The position numbers and the translations under genes are program-made. Shown here piece by piece: positions 49,895 to 61,687 of a stretch of 64,000 nt of DNA. The first letter of the stretch is position 1. Every line of letters starts with the position of its first letter. Origin of the DNA: Piedraia hortae CBS 480.64 (Eukaryota); the NCBI GenBank assembly GCA_010093745.1, contig MU005976.1, positions 124,001-188,000 of the forward strand, given 5' to 3'. A model generated the notes under the pieces. The model was not told the DNA's origin, did not search any database, and saw only the letters and a program-made list of their open reading frames with translations.

Positions 49895-51201
49895 ATCTTG
49901 CAATCAATCTTCCATGATGTAGATGCTTCGTGCTGGCTGGTCTTGACACAAAGGAGCCTACCAAACAAGTTCATGGCCGACCGTTCAGGTCGGTCTCTTC
50001 GCAAGCACACTAGGAATTCAGATGTGGGGGTAAACTGGATAGTTTCTGGCGAATTCTACATGACAAAAGCTTCAAATCCCGTGCTATCAGTTTTGAATCA
50101 CCTCGTTGGAAACAGTATAGAAAAAAAAAAGACAACGCCATCAACCATACCTCTATCCCAATGATTATTACTCGCAACAGTCCTAACTATCAAGTCAACA
50201 TATCGTATTCGAAGATCCAATTTTCGCGCAAGCACACCAGACAGAACATGGCAAGGAAGAAACTCCTGTGTGATACAATGCAATAACCGTATAAGGCAAA
50301 GACTAGATCCTTGTAAGCAAATATATCCCTATGTACTTCCAAAGCCCTGGGCTGTCAATTGCATTATCCAGCAGTCGCGTGTACATGACACTTGACAGCG
50401 GCCACACCCGCCTTCCGCGTCGACTCCCTTAAAATAGAAACTCGTTTGCCACTAGAACCCTCCAGCATGTTCTCTCACGTACGAGAAAGTACGAAGTCCG
50501 TACCAAACGCCACACTCTGTTCTGCCATTTCCACAACTAACTAGAATCTTTCAGCATCATCAGCATGGACATGTGCGAAAGTAAGGGACGTCGGAACTAG
50601 GATGCTCCGAACTCTTCCAGAATCTTCCATAATTATCTGCGGTAGCGGTGGCAACTTCGGAAACGCCGAACCGTTTAGCGCCGACTGCTGTAGGATTGTG
50701 ATTGAACAGCGCCTCGGTTCGTCACATTATATCATAGACGCCACAAGCTAATTATCACAATGTTGGCAGATTACAAGCCTACTAGATAGTATCCTAACCC
50801 TTCCTACTGTGCGTCACACGAGACTTGATAATGAATGCCAGTAATTCTCCTAGCTACAACAAAAGATCGACAGTTATTCCTTACTGAAGAGGGAAAACAA
50901 ATCCGAGTGCCATTGCAGAGAAACGTGTCACAAAGACAACTCCCTCCAAGCCCTCACTCCCACAACTGATAAAATCTAAAGATATATCTCTCTCTGTCAT
51001 GCGTACATAGCTGGTAAGAAAAGCCATGGCAGTTCCCAATCCCTCCCTGAGTGAGAAAAACCCCGTCTCATGCAGTGAACGAAAAGATTTCCCCATTTTC
51101 AAAAACTCCCAGGTCCCCATAACATGCATAGATATCAATTCAATGGGGTATAATAAGACTCCAAATAAACTGTTGACGCCGAGGAACCTTGATTTGCAAA
51201 G

Positions 51202-52110
51202 TCAGGATAATGATGATAAAATTTCGGCGCAGTTTGCGTCGAAGCGCATGGACCAAAGGCGAATGCTGGTCATGAGTTTTTCTGTACGTGCGAGTTCACG
51301 GTGGCGGCCAAACATGGAGTCGACGAACTCGCAGCCAGAGCGCTTGCCCATGGTGACGGGCCGCGAGTTACCACATTCGCGTCGTGCTGCCCTCCACATA
51401 AAGTCCTCGCAAATCTTGAGCAGTTTGTTGAAGCGCTGCCACAGCCGCTCGCCAGATTCGAGGAAGTCTTCGATTAGGTCCAGATCCGCTTCATCTTTTA
51501 TCTGGGACAGGTGCTCCTCGGCAAGTTTAATCTTCGCGGCGAGAGATATGAGCAGCAGCCAGAGCTCGCCCGCAACTTCTGTCATTGGCGTCGAGCGCCC
51601 AAAGAAGAACACTGTCCAGTCGTATATCCACCGCCCCAGCGAATTTGCATCAAACACGCTGCCGAGGAGCAGGATGGGCTCCTCGTCGGGGTTCCAATTC
51701 TTGTATGAGTAGCCCGTCGGTATGCCGAACCGTTGCGCGTCACTCTCGGTTGCTTGTCGCGTCTGCTTCGGTCGCGCCTCTGGCTTCTCGTACAGAGGAT
51801 CGCGCGCTCTGTCGTAGTTATTGGTGGGCTTCGTGCGCTCCTCGTAGTAAGCCGATTTCGGCCGTTGCGACGCGTAGGCGCGCGCGCTGTTTACGTGCTC
51901 GTAGTAGGCCGATTGTCGCGGCACCGACGGCTGTGTGGTATACGTTGTCGCGCGACGAGCGCTTGGTTTGTGCGGCGGTGTTGCCAGTGGCGAGTACGCC
52001 GGATGTGAGTAGTAGGCATACTGTCTGCAGAACGGCGGCGTGTGCGGTGGAGACTGAAAGGCGTATGCGAATTGAGGCGGGTGCGCCGGATAACCCGCAG
52101 TTTGGAACAT
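51202..52110 (-). CDS. Conserved filamentous-fungal protein with Pro/Tyr-rich N-terminus
   Basis: C-terminal domain IPTGYSYKNWNPDEEPILLLGSVFDANSLGRWIYDWTV...SIRLWSMRFDANC is typical of a conserved Pezizomycotina family of unknown function. Confidence 0.8.
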   Translation of the reverse strand: MFQTAGYPAHPPQFAYAFQSPPHTPPFCRQYAYYSHPAYSPLATPPHKPSARRATTYTTQPSVPRQSAYYEHVNSARAYASQRPKSAYYEERTKPTNNYDRARDPLYEKPEARPKQTRQATESDAQRFGIPTGYSYKNWNPDEEPILLLGSVFDANSLGRWIYDWTVFFFGRSTPMTEVAGELWLLLISLAAKIKLAEEHLSQIKDEADLDLIEDFLESGERLWQRFNKLLKICEDFMWRAARRECGNSRPVTMGKRSGCEFVDSMFGRHRELARTEKLMTSIRLWSMRFDANCAEILSSLS

Positions 52111-54497
52111 GGGCCTTGAACTGAGCAGAGTTCAAGTTACATGAGAGCGTGAACGCGATGAGTCGTGAACATGAGCGTGAGCGTGCAGATTGCCCGTTTA
52201 GAAGTGTATTTAGGGCGCCAAGCCCCGAGGCTGGGTAAGCTAGTCCCGATCGGGCAAAGCGTGCTCGGTCAATCCGCCCCTCATCAGGCTCTAACCAATC
52301 GCATCCTTGCAGCGCTGCCGTCTCGGGCAGGGCGACAGACGGACTGCTTCCACAAGTTCATTGAGTGGTTTGGCTGGTCAACCAATGGCGGTTGAAAGAC
52401 TGGAAACGGCTCGCCCTCCCCGCAACTATCTTTAAAACGTTGGCGCGTTTATCGCTTCTGTTTCGTCCGTAAAAATTTGGTCTGGCTGATGGGTTTCACA
52501 GGATTGATACAGGACGATCACGCTAACCTGGCCCCCTCGAGTATGCGGGAGACCCTCGCCGCTCAGCTGCACCCAGTTTGGTACCCGAATACCCACCCGT
52601 TCGTTCATTGTGTGCAACACGAGAAATACGCAGCTCTGGCTAACCATAATGGGGTGCTTCCCTCCACGGCGTAGTGCGCAGCAACTCTCCAAGGCTGCAG
52701 ATCTGCAAAAACCGTCCCACAGTGAAACGTGCTATGCGCGCCCCCGTATTTGGAATGCGGTAAAGCTTTATGGGATTCAGGAACAGAAGCTTCAACCTTG
52801 TGTGTGTAGCTGTCGCGCCATGTCACACCCTTCAGGAACTAACTCGCGCCTGTCACACCACACCTTTGCACTGATCCCAAGTCAGCCGTCTTGGCAAGAT
52901 CTTGAGCTACGCTGACCATCTTTGGTTCATCCCCGAGACATGTCCACGGTTGCTTACACCGGGTGTGTCACTTGTGCATATGTAGCCGCCCATGACGTGA
53001 ACCGAAGCGTTTAATCTCGCTTTCGTTCTGCAAACTGCTTCTCCATGCGTCTGCCCACGAGACCGGCCGGTCGCATGTTTTGGTCGCAAGTATCGCCCAA
53101 ACAGCAGCATATCACAAGATGAGTAGCACATGACTCCGGTAGGGAGTGCCACCTCATGCAAATTATGACCTTTAGACACGGAATTTGGAGCTTAAGCACA
53201 TCGTTACTAATCGCGACATGCAGGTCGAAAGCGGGGTAAGTCGAACGACGGGCTCGATAGGCTCAAGAAGGATTTGGCTGACCAGGAGCTGAATCCCGCT
53301 GAGGACCTTGGCTGAAGTTGGACAATTTATGGAACAGGAAGAATCAACAAACACTTCCTCTCCCCAAGGATTGACTCTTCCTTGAGCTCTCGTGGTTCAT
53401 ACTCGAAGCATGCATGGACACAATTTGTCTCTGTAGCCTGATAAGTAAAGTTCACTGGATTGGCCCCAGTGTTCCTTCCGGTCATGAGTATTGCCGGAAC
53501 AGTTACATTAAATTGCGGCAAGCAGACGCCGAGATGCACCTTGAAATTAAACCAGGTTCGACGTTTGGACACAACATGAGAAGGAAAAAAATGACTGAAT
53601 ATGTACAGCTTAGGTAGACTCTATGTTGTGCTGGAAAGGCCCCTCCTGAATCAGAACCTTACCATCCAAAATGCCAAAAGGTCGAGAGTCAAGACCCTTT
53701 GTGAGCTTTCAGGCATCAGTATCAAGATTGGCCTATGATCCATCAGAGGCCGTGTTGGCACTACTGTGAGGTGTCATCTTTGCAGAGAAGCGAGGCGCCG
53801 GAGGAAGCGCTGCATAGGAAACCCCGCCTTAAACGATCGACCTATTTTACAGTCGAACATGGACATAGCGGATTGATTTGGCACAAATGTTGTTCCAGTG
53901 CCCACTGCATCCAAGTTTGGCAGTGATATCTACATACGCGTTGAATACCATTGCACAATTCCACATGTCTTTTAGCGTCCTATCGACGATTTGTACTTGT
54001 TGTTGATCCGACTCGCACAAAGCAGGCAGTGTCTTCACGGTTTCTCCTATGAATATCTGCCCTGTTCCATATCGGGCTGTTTACTGCCAGGCCACATCGC
54101 AGCTATCCAGCGTGGTCGTTTCTTGGCCAGTCACTTCGCAACCTGTTTGCATGATGAATACGATCACTCCACTTGGTCACTAACCTGGCTTTTAAAGGAG
54201 AAATGGACTAGGAAAAATCCCATAATTCAAAGCCTAAGTCCGAATACGGTTTCGCAGAATGTATCAGCTTCTTACTGGGCACAATGTAGACGACGAGCTC
54301 CCACTTTATTACTATCATCTGGAAATCAAACCCCTAAATCCATCATCAACCTCATCTCGAGCATCCAACCGACCTTTCCAAACACACCCATCGATGCCAA
54401 AACCGATCTCATAACCCTCTCTAACCAAAACCCAATCAACCCATCGAATCGAACCTCATAAAACATCCCAACCGAACCCAACCCCAAGCCCCAACTT

Positions 54498-54791
54498 CTA
54501 CCTCGAATTAACCCAAACCTTCAACTGCCCAAAGTTTTCCGCAATAATTTGCTGGAACCAATCCACGGCCAGGAGCCAATCACTATCATCCGAGACCGTG
54601 ATTTTATCCCCATCTGGGTCCTGGATTTTCATCAAACAAGGCGTTCGGCGGGGCTTATTGAACCTCTCTCGGATCAGTTTCTTGACTTCGCGGAAATCCG
54701 TCCCCCGCATGATGAGAACATAGCGTGTCACGCCGTCCCAGCTAACTTTGATGCGGATGTAGAGGGGTGGTTCTTCGGGTGGGGCGGGCAT
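54498..54791 (-). CDS. Small stand-alone PB1-domain protein (NoxR C-terminus-like), 97 aa
   Basis: IRIKVSWDGVTRYV (basic Lys), OPCA-like DPDGDKITVSDDSDW, and terminal LKVWV. Confidence 0.6.
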   Translation of the reverse strand: MPAPPEEPPLYIRIKVSWDGVTRYVLIMRGTDFREVKKLIRERFNKPRRTPCLMKIQDPDGDKITVSDDSDWLLAVDWFQQIIAENFGQLKVWVNSR

Positions 54792-55763
54792 GGTGTCTCT
54801 TGATGAATGGGGGAGGCTACGACGGTTGAGTGAAGGAGAGGGAAGCTTGTTGATGGGTTCGAGAGCAGTGTGTTGGTCACTGGGATTGTTATGCCGACTG
54901 GTTCGGGGTGGGGAAGGGAAGGGAAGTTTGTGAGAGATGTTGAAGAACATGTAGGGTTCTTTTGAGGTCGGGAGTATTTCTATCTGACAAACAGGCAAAC
55001 ATCGTCTATATTGATGTACACACACAAGGCAAAGAGGTTTGTTGAGGTTGAGGAGTGTTTGTAAGCGGTAGTGACTAGTTGAGGTGTTATTCTTTTAGGC
55101 AAACAGGTTGATGACCCATGTGTTCTACTTTATTCACGGAGGGGGATGGTTTTGTGTAGGGAAAGGGCTCGATGTCGCTATCGTGGTACTCAATTTGACA
55201 TCACTACACATCCAATAGCGATGATATTAAAGGAAGACAATTGCTAGGGAAGGACATGAAGACGAGCGTTATAAAACTGTGCCTGGCGGTATGGAATGCC
55301 ATACAATTCAACGACCTTGGACAGGCCGTCCTAGGGTCTTTCTGGATCGATCCCAAGCTTGAGAGAGGCTGATTGTTAATTATACCGTGGCTAAAAAAGA
55401 AAAGGAAAAAACAGAGCTTGGTGTTCTACAAGGCGACTGTCGATGAGCTCGACAAACAGACAAGCAGATCCGATGAACAGGAACACGAATAGATTGGCCA
55501 TGCAGGAGGCTTCAAAGGCACCCTGTATGATTTGCTTGCACTCGACAAAAGAGCAAACAAGCCCTCGACATTCATGTATCTCTTCATCAAAGCAAGTACC
55601 GTCATTATGAATAAGGCATCGCTCTGCAGAAAAGAACTCGCTTTTCGCTAGACGTATAACTGCATGCAGCCATGGTTAAAAGGCCACCGAGTAGATATTC
55701 CTAGCGGAATGGAAATGAGAAGATGAGATGGAACATATGTGAAGGACAGGGTGCACATTTCGC

Positions 55764-56265
55764 TTATGCTTGAGTCTTCTTCTTGTTGGCTTCGCGGCCC
55801 TTGGCAATGCGCTCGAGGATATTCTCACGATCCTTGTCCAGCTTGAGCTTCACAATCTCCACTTTGCTCGGAGCGACTCCGATGGGCACGCTTTGGCCGT
55901 TGCTCTTCTCGCGGCTGACTCTCTCGATGTGGATTACATACTTGAGGCGATACACGGACGTGACTTTCCCTTCACGGCCCTTGTTACTGCCGCGCTTGAT
56001 GACGACCTCGTCGTCCTTTCGAATAGGCATCGCGCGAACCTGCAATAGATGTGTTAATGAGGAACACATCATGTGCATGCGATGCTTACGTTGTACTTTT
56101 CACGAAGTTCTGCTATTGTCAGCATGAGTGGGAGACGAACTTGACGGTCTTACCTTTGGACAAAGGCGCGCTCATAATGACGCGGCGCACGCTCGAAGGG
56201 GCCTGGAAATAAGCCTTGCGGCTCTTTCGGCGGCTAGAATGCAAGTTCGAGTTGATCTTGGTCAT
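55764..56265 (-). CDS. RPL26: 60S ribosomal protein L26 (uL24); exons 56265-56154, 56109-56090, 56039-55764
   Basis: [47 protein letters not shown] after splicing two GTAAG..CAG introns. Confidence 0.96.
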
Positions 56266-56608
56266 TATTGCGGCACACTTGCGGTGGTGTCGTGTCGGTG
56301 GTGCAGGAATCAAAATCTGGAAGTGGGACATGCGCGGGGCTTGGCAAGAATTCGGAACGGACCGTGCCGCGCCGACCGCACTCGAAGAAGACACGCATCA
56401 AGATGTTTTGGGGCAAGGACAGTAGACCGTGAAGGATCGTTAGATGTCAAAAGGTACTTGCGGCCGGCCCGTGCCAGTCTGGCTTACTAGATTACATGTA
56501 TTACTGTCAATCGCCTTCACTCAAAGCTCGCATCTCTCTAGGTAGCATGTTCCATCGGTCTGCTTTCAAGTCACGTCGCTGTTCATTGCTGTATTCTTGC
56601 ATCGCATC

Positions 56609-56785
56609 TCATCGCGCTTTGGGAGGTAGGCTGTCGACTTTGCGGGCATTGCTCACTGGAGCGGCCTTGCCGGCTTTGCCGTCGTCTTGGGCATTGATTT
56701 CCAGGAAATGGTAGATGACAATCATGAGCATGGCTACGACGCCGAGGAAGACGGCCAGCTGGTAGAGGGCATCGTCGGTGATCAT
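56609..56785 (-). CDS. OST4: Oligosaccharyltransferase subunit Ost4
   Basis: MITDDALYQLAVFLGVVAMLMIVIYHFLEIN. Confidence 0.9.
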   Translation of the reverse strand: MITDDALYQLAVFLGVVAMLMIVIYHFLEINAQDDGKAGKAAPVSNARKVDSLPPKAR

Positions 56786-56938
56786 CTTGGGCAAGATTGA
56801 CGCTGTCTGGACTTTGGTGTGTGGTGCCGTATTTGGTGACGTTGTGATGCCAAGACCCCCGCCCAAAGACTTTTCCTTCACCCCTTCATCACACACGTTC
56901 ATGGAGAGTTTCCCTTCGCCAGCACCACAGTAATCGCC

Positions 56939-57910
56939 ATGGCGCCCAAAAAGGACAATGCGCCGAAGTCGGCCAAGGTGGCCGTCGACAAGACGTTTGG
57001 CATGAAGAACAAAAAGGGCGGCGCGGCCCAGAAGCAGATCAGACAGATCCAGCAGGCGTCATCGGCAGCCAAGACACCCGAGCAGAAACGCAAGGAGGCA
57101 GAAAAGGCAGCGCGCGAGAAGGAGAAGGAGGCGGCCGAACAGGCGCGGAAGGAGGCGGCCGAGCTGTTCAAGCCGGTGCAGACGCAAAAGGTGCCGTTTG
57201 GCGTCGATCCTAAGACCATCCTCTGCCAATTTTTCAAGAAGGGCGCATGCGACAAGGGTCGCAAGTGCAAGTTCAGCCACGATCTGGACATTGCGCGCAA
57301 AACAGAGAAGAAGTCGCTCTACACGGACACGCGGGAGGGCGAGGCGACAGAGGACGACAAGACCAAGAAAGATGACATGGCCGACTGGGATGAGGAGAAA
57401 CTGCGGAAGGTGGTGCTCTCCAAGCACGGAAACCCCAAAACAACGACGGACAAGGTGTGTAAATACTTCATTGAGGCAGTCGAGAACCAAAAGTACGGCT
57501 GGTTCTGGACGTGCCCCAATGGCGGCGAGAAGTGCATGTACCGCCATTCTCTGCCGCCGGGGTTTGTGCTCAAGACCAAGGAGCAGCGGGCCGCCGAAAA
57601 GGCGTTGATGGAGAAGTCGCCCTTGGCTACGCTGACGCTCGAGGACTTCTTGGAGTCCGAGCGGCACAAACTGACGGGGACGTTGATGCCTGTTACACCA
57701 GAGACGTTTGCCAAGTGGAAAAAGGAGCGGCTGGACAAGAAGGCGGCGGAGGAGCAGGCGCGGCAGGCCAAAGAGGCAACGGGACGCGCCATGTTTGAAC
57801 GTGGCGATTGGGAGGTGAGCGAAGACGAGGACGACGAGGACGATGCATGGAACCTGGACGAATTACGACGAGAGACAGAGGAGGCGGGAGAAGAGCAGTC
57901 AGCTGGTTAG
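56939..57910 (+). CDS. TMA46: Translation machinery-associated protein Tma46 (tandem CCCH fingers)
   Basis: DKTFGMKNKKG, CQFFKKGACDKGRKCKFSHD, CKYFIEAVENQKYGWFWTCPNGG. Confidence 0.93.
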   Translation: MAPKKDNAPKSAKVAVDKTFGMKNKKGGAAQKQIRQIQQASSAAKTPEQKRKEAEKAAREKEKEAAEQARKEAAELFKPVQTQKVPFGVDPKTILCQFFKKGACDKGRKCKFSHDLDIARKTEKKSLYTDTREGEATEDDKTKKDDMADWDEEKLRKVVLSKHGNPKTTTDKVCKYFIEAVENQKYGWFWTCPNGGEKCMYRHSLPPGFVLKTKEQRAAEKALMEKSPLATLTLEDFLESERHKLTGTLMPVTPETFAKWKKERLDKKAAEEQARQAKEATGRAMFERGDWEVSEDEDDEDDAWNLDELRRETEEAGEEQSAG

Positions 57911-58240
57911 CTTTTCAATCTATGATTTCGCTTCACGGTAAACGGCATAGAATAAGTACTGTAGTTGGATTTGCCTAAGCCGCTTTATGATTGACCCGTT
58001 CAAATTGATTGATTGCAGTTGAACATTTGGGAATACTGTTTCCATGGTCGTTCCCACGGTCAAATGAATTTCAATCAATGATGAACTGATGTGGGTGGGC
58101 CGCGGTCTATCCGATTCCCATTAACCAATGTTGATTAACTGAGCTACGTGATGCAACTCCTGCAATTGGTAAATCCCAACGGGTTGAACAGTGAATCCCT
58201 ATTAACAAATCTGGCGCATCTCCACATCCCCTGTTACCCC

Positions 58241-59278
58241 ATGACAACTTCGGCCGCCAGATTGCATTCCGATCATGGCGCCAAGTCGGGCACCATGGCG
58301 GTGGAATCGTCTGCACAGCCAAGCGTGCGACGGTCCAATCAAAGCCTTGACTACATGGCGCGCAGCCTGGGTGCCGGCGGAATCGCGGCCTGCGCAGCCA
58401 AAACTGTAGTCGCGCCGCTGGATCGCGTCAAGATTCTCTTTCAAGCCAGCAATCCGCAGTTCCAAAAGTACACGGGCTCGTGGTCCGGAGCTGTGCGCGC
58501 AATTTGCGACATTTACCGCAGCGATGGCGGCCGCGGACTCTTCCGAGGCCACAGCGCAACTCTCTTAAGGATCTTTCCCTACGGCGGCATAAAATTTATG
58601 GTCTATGAGCAGACACGCGCTTTTCTGATCCCGAGCGCTGACTTTGAAAATCCCATCCGACGTCTCATGGCCGGAGCCTTGGCTGGCACAGTCTCAGTGT
58701 GCACAACTTATCCTCTAGAACTAGTTAGGGTCAGACTAGCCTGGGAAACACAGGGCTCTACGCCACTGTCGCTGGTCAAGATATGTCGCTCGATATATGC
58801 TGAGCCGGCGGGCAGCGTAGGACTCGCCAATTTCTACCGGGGCTTTGCTCCAACCCTTCTTGGCATGATTCCTTACGCCGGCATGTCGTTTCTAACGCAT
58901 GATTATGCAGGTGATTTCATGCGCCGGCCGGCCCTGGCGAGATACACGGTGCAGCCGATTGAAAGCCAAGCACCTCAGGCTTCAGGCAAACCACCGCCAC
59001 TGACATGGTGGGCAGAATTGCTGACAGGTGCTATGGCCGGCTTTGTCTCTCAGACAAGCTCATATCCAATCGAGGTCATTCGGCGACGAATGCAAGTGGG
59101 GGGCGTTGTCGGTGATGGCCATCGCCTAAAGATTATGGAGGTGGCGCGACAAATCTGGCAAACTTCGGGCTGGCGGGGATTCTTTGTCGGTCTAGGCATC
59201 GGCTACGTTAAGGTCATTCCTATGGTGGCCACCAGCTTCTTTGTGTATGAACGAATGAAGATAGTGGTTGGGATATGA
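58241..59278 (+). CDS. LEU5: Mitochondrial carrier, CoA transporter Leu5-like (start could be 58295)
   Basis: Three PxD/ExxK/R repeats; AKTVVAPLDRVKILFQASNP and GHSATLLRIFPYGGIKF. Confidence 0.85.
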   Translation: MTTSAARLHSDHGAKSGTMAVESSAQPSVRRSNQSLDYMARSLGAGGIAACAAKTVVAPLDRVKILFQASNPQFQKYTGSWSGAVRAICDIYRSDGGRGLFRGHSATLLRIFPYGGIKFMVYEQTRAFLIPSADFENPIRRLMAGALAGTVSVCTTYPLELVRVRLAWETQGSTPLSLVKICRSIYAEPAGSVGLANFYRGFAPTLLGMIPYAGMSFLTHDYAGDFMRRPALARYTVQPIESQAPQASGKPPPLTWWAELLTGAMAGFVSQTSSYPIEVIRRRMQVGGVVGDGHRLKIMEVARQIWQTSGWRGFFVGLGIGYVKVIPMVATSFFVYERMKIVVGI

Positions 59279-59659
59279 CACTTTAGACTCATGCTTGGCC
59301 CAATCTGAATTTGGGTATGGCAGCACTGAATGGATACGCTAAAATTTTATACGATACCCATCTGATAAATTCATCACTTACACTGATCATCTCTTGGTGG
59401 GTTTGAATTATCTGCATCCCGACTATCAAGAGCTCTGTTGCAATATAACTGACAATCTTATGACAAGTCCGCCAAAGTGCTTCTGGTTAGACTGTAGAGG
59501 ATTTGATAATCGAGAAGGTGCATACAAATCTATCAAAACGTCCACGTCCTTGGCAGAGGTCAAGATTGAGTTGACGATCGCGTGACGGCCCGCTCCGGTA
59601 GTCCACATTGAGGACAGGTGGGGCAAACATTTTTCTTGGCGGATTGACAGCCAATCCCA

Positions 59660-61687
59660 ATGAACAACTTGATAGGCCACCACAAAACTTGTCGCCAAAC
59701 CTCTAAAATACCTAGATATGATGCCGGGTCCAATTTAGCTGGATTCAATTTCATTACTGTACCTGCAACCACGCAACATTTCCACCAGCGCGTGCTCAAT
59801 CTAGTACGACAATTTCGAGATGAACACCCAGATGACCTCTCATACAGAACAGCCGAGAGTCTAAACCGACTACCAGTAATTTCACCATTAGGGCCGCAAG
59901 ATACAGATTTGCAATCTGACACGGCGGCTTCTGCGCGTGAGGCTGTAGTAATCAGTCCATGGATCGATCTCGCGTCGTCGGATCCTCTAATTGCCCATGT
60001 CAGTTGCCAGGTCCTTTTGCTCGAAGTGGCAAATGCACATTTTTGTGGAGCTACTCAGATCTTGCTGGCTGGGCCTGTGAGTGCTGGTGTTGTGTCCTTT
60101 GCCAATGCCTTGTTGCGTGCTCTTGCACTGGGCGCTTATGCCCGTTTTCATATCTGGGTGCCCATGTCCGGAGAACTCGAGCAAGATATATTATCTGAAG
60201 GCGAACATCTAAGCGAGCTGGCGTGCACAGATACTGATGATATCGAAGATACCTGGAACGCGTGGAATACGATCCGTACGCTGTGTAACTATCACGAAAG
60301 ACTTCATGTTGCGCTTGAGCTGCCTCGTCAGACTCCACCGTCTTGGCTCTGCGACAGATGGTTTGCTGAACCAGTCTACATACTCACACTGCCTCGCACT
60401 GTGTTCATTAGTAACCCAAAGGGTTATCCAGTCCTCTCCAAGCTGCTGCAGGGCTTTCTGATGCGGTTCCTAAGACTTGTTTCCCCTCCTGCAATGCTAC
60501 TATGTGATGTAGGGCCATCGCCAGATCATTCACCGACACCGGCTGAGGCTCATTTAGCCCAGACTAGTACCGCCTATGTACAGTATCTGCAACATATGCA
60601 TCTGCGGGCAAATCCTGAATCCGAGGTAGACCGCGTCGTTCGCGGTTATCAAGACCATCTTCAACCTCCACTGCAGCCGCTAGCACACAATTTGGATAGC
60701 CTCACTTATGAAGTGTTTGAGAAAGACCCCGTCAAATATGCAAGCTATGAACAAGCAACATCTCGAGCACTGGCCCACTTGTATGAGAAGACCAAGGCTG
60801 CGGTGCGAGTGGCGGTTGTCGGTGCAGGGCGTGGCCCTCTAGTCACCGGAATCTTACGCGCAAGTGCATCGACCCTAATACCGGTTATCTGTTGGGCCGT
60901 AGAGAAGAATGGAGGGGCACTAGTCTTGCTCCAACGTCGGTGCAACGATGACGAGCTATGGAAAGGCAAAGTCACCGCCGTGCACGCTGATATGCGAGCA
61001 TGGAAAGGGCCCGAAGATGGACCCGTGGACCTGGTCATCTCGGAGTTACTGGGTTCATTCGGAGACAATGAACTGTCCCCCGAATGCCTGGATGGGCTAC
61101 CCTCAACCGTGCTACATCCTGACCATGGCATCAGCATTCCGGAAAAGTACAGTGCATACATAACACCAATCGCCACACCTCGCATTCACGCAGACTTGCT
61201 CTCACGTGCCAGCAGTGCTAGGGAACATCCATATGTCGTTAATTTAGGGCAGTTTGAGTTTCTGTCGCGCGTGGACGAAAGCCCGTGCATACAGCGCGCT
61301 TGGTCGTTTGTGCATCCTGCGCCAACGGTATCGAACCGCGATCAGAACATCCACCATACTCGCTCCTGCCAGCTCCGCTTCAAGTGCTACCACGGTGGAG
61401 TGTGTCATGGCCTAGCTGGATATTTTGATACTGTCCTCTTTGAGGATGAGGTGCTTTCTACGCACCCGGAATCGCATAGTGAGGGAATGATCAGTTGGTT
61501 CCCGATTTTCTTCCCGTTGAAGAGTCCGGTTTGGGTGCCGAAAGATGGGTGCATGATAGTGCATATGTGGCGTGCAACAGATGGGAGAATGGTCTGGTAC
61601 GAGTGGCTGGTCGAGGTGTTCGAAAATAGTAATCGCGTTGCCATGACGGACTTGGTGAGCAGTAAGAAGGAGGGTTGTTTAATGTGA
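59660..61687 (+). CDS. SKB1: Protein arginine methyltransferase 5 (Skb1/Hsl7)
   Basis: YQDHLQPPLQPL..NLDSLTYEVFEKDPVKY, VVGAGRGPLV, SELLGSFGDNELSPECLDG, SWFPIFFPL. Confidence 0.92.
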   Translation: MNNLIGHHKTCRQTSKIPRYDAGSNLAGFNFITVPATTQHFHQRVLNLVRQFRDEHPDDLSYRTAESLNRLPVISPLGPQDTDLQSDTAASAREAVVISPWIDLASSDPLIAHVSCQVLLLEVANAHFCGATQILLAGPVSAGVVSFANALLRALALGAYARFHIWVPMSGELEQDILSEGEHLSELACTDTDDIEDTWNAWNTIRTLCNYHERLHVALELPRQTPPSWLCDRWFAEPVYILTLPRTVFISNPKGYPVLSKLLQGFLMRFLRLVSPPAMLLCDVGPSPDHSPTPAEAHLAQTSTAYVQYLQHMHLRANPESEVDRVVRGYQDHLQPPLQPLAHNLDSLTYEVFEKDPVKYASYEQATSRALAHLYEKTKAAVRVAVVGAGRGPLVTGILRASASTLIPVICWAVEKNGGALVLLQRRCNDDELWKGKVTAVHADMRAWKGPEDGPVDLVISELLGSFGDNELSPECLDGLPSTVLHPDHGISIPEKYSAYITPIATPRIHADLLSRASSAREHPYVVNLGQFEFLSRVDESPCIQRAWSFVHPAPTVSNRDQNIHHTRSCQLRFKCYHGGVCHGLAGYFDTVLFEDEVLSTHPESHSEGMISWFPIFFPLKSPVWVPKDGCMIVHMWRATDGRMVWYEWLVEVFENSNRVAMTDLVSSKKEGCLM

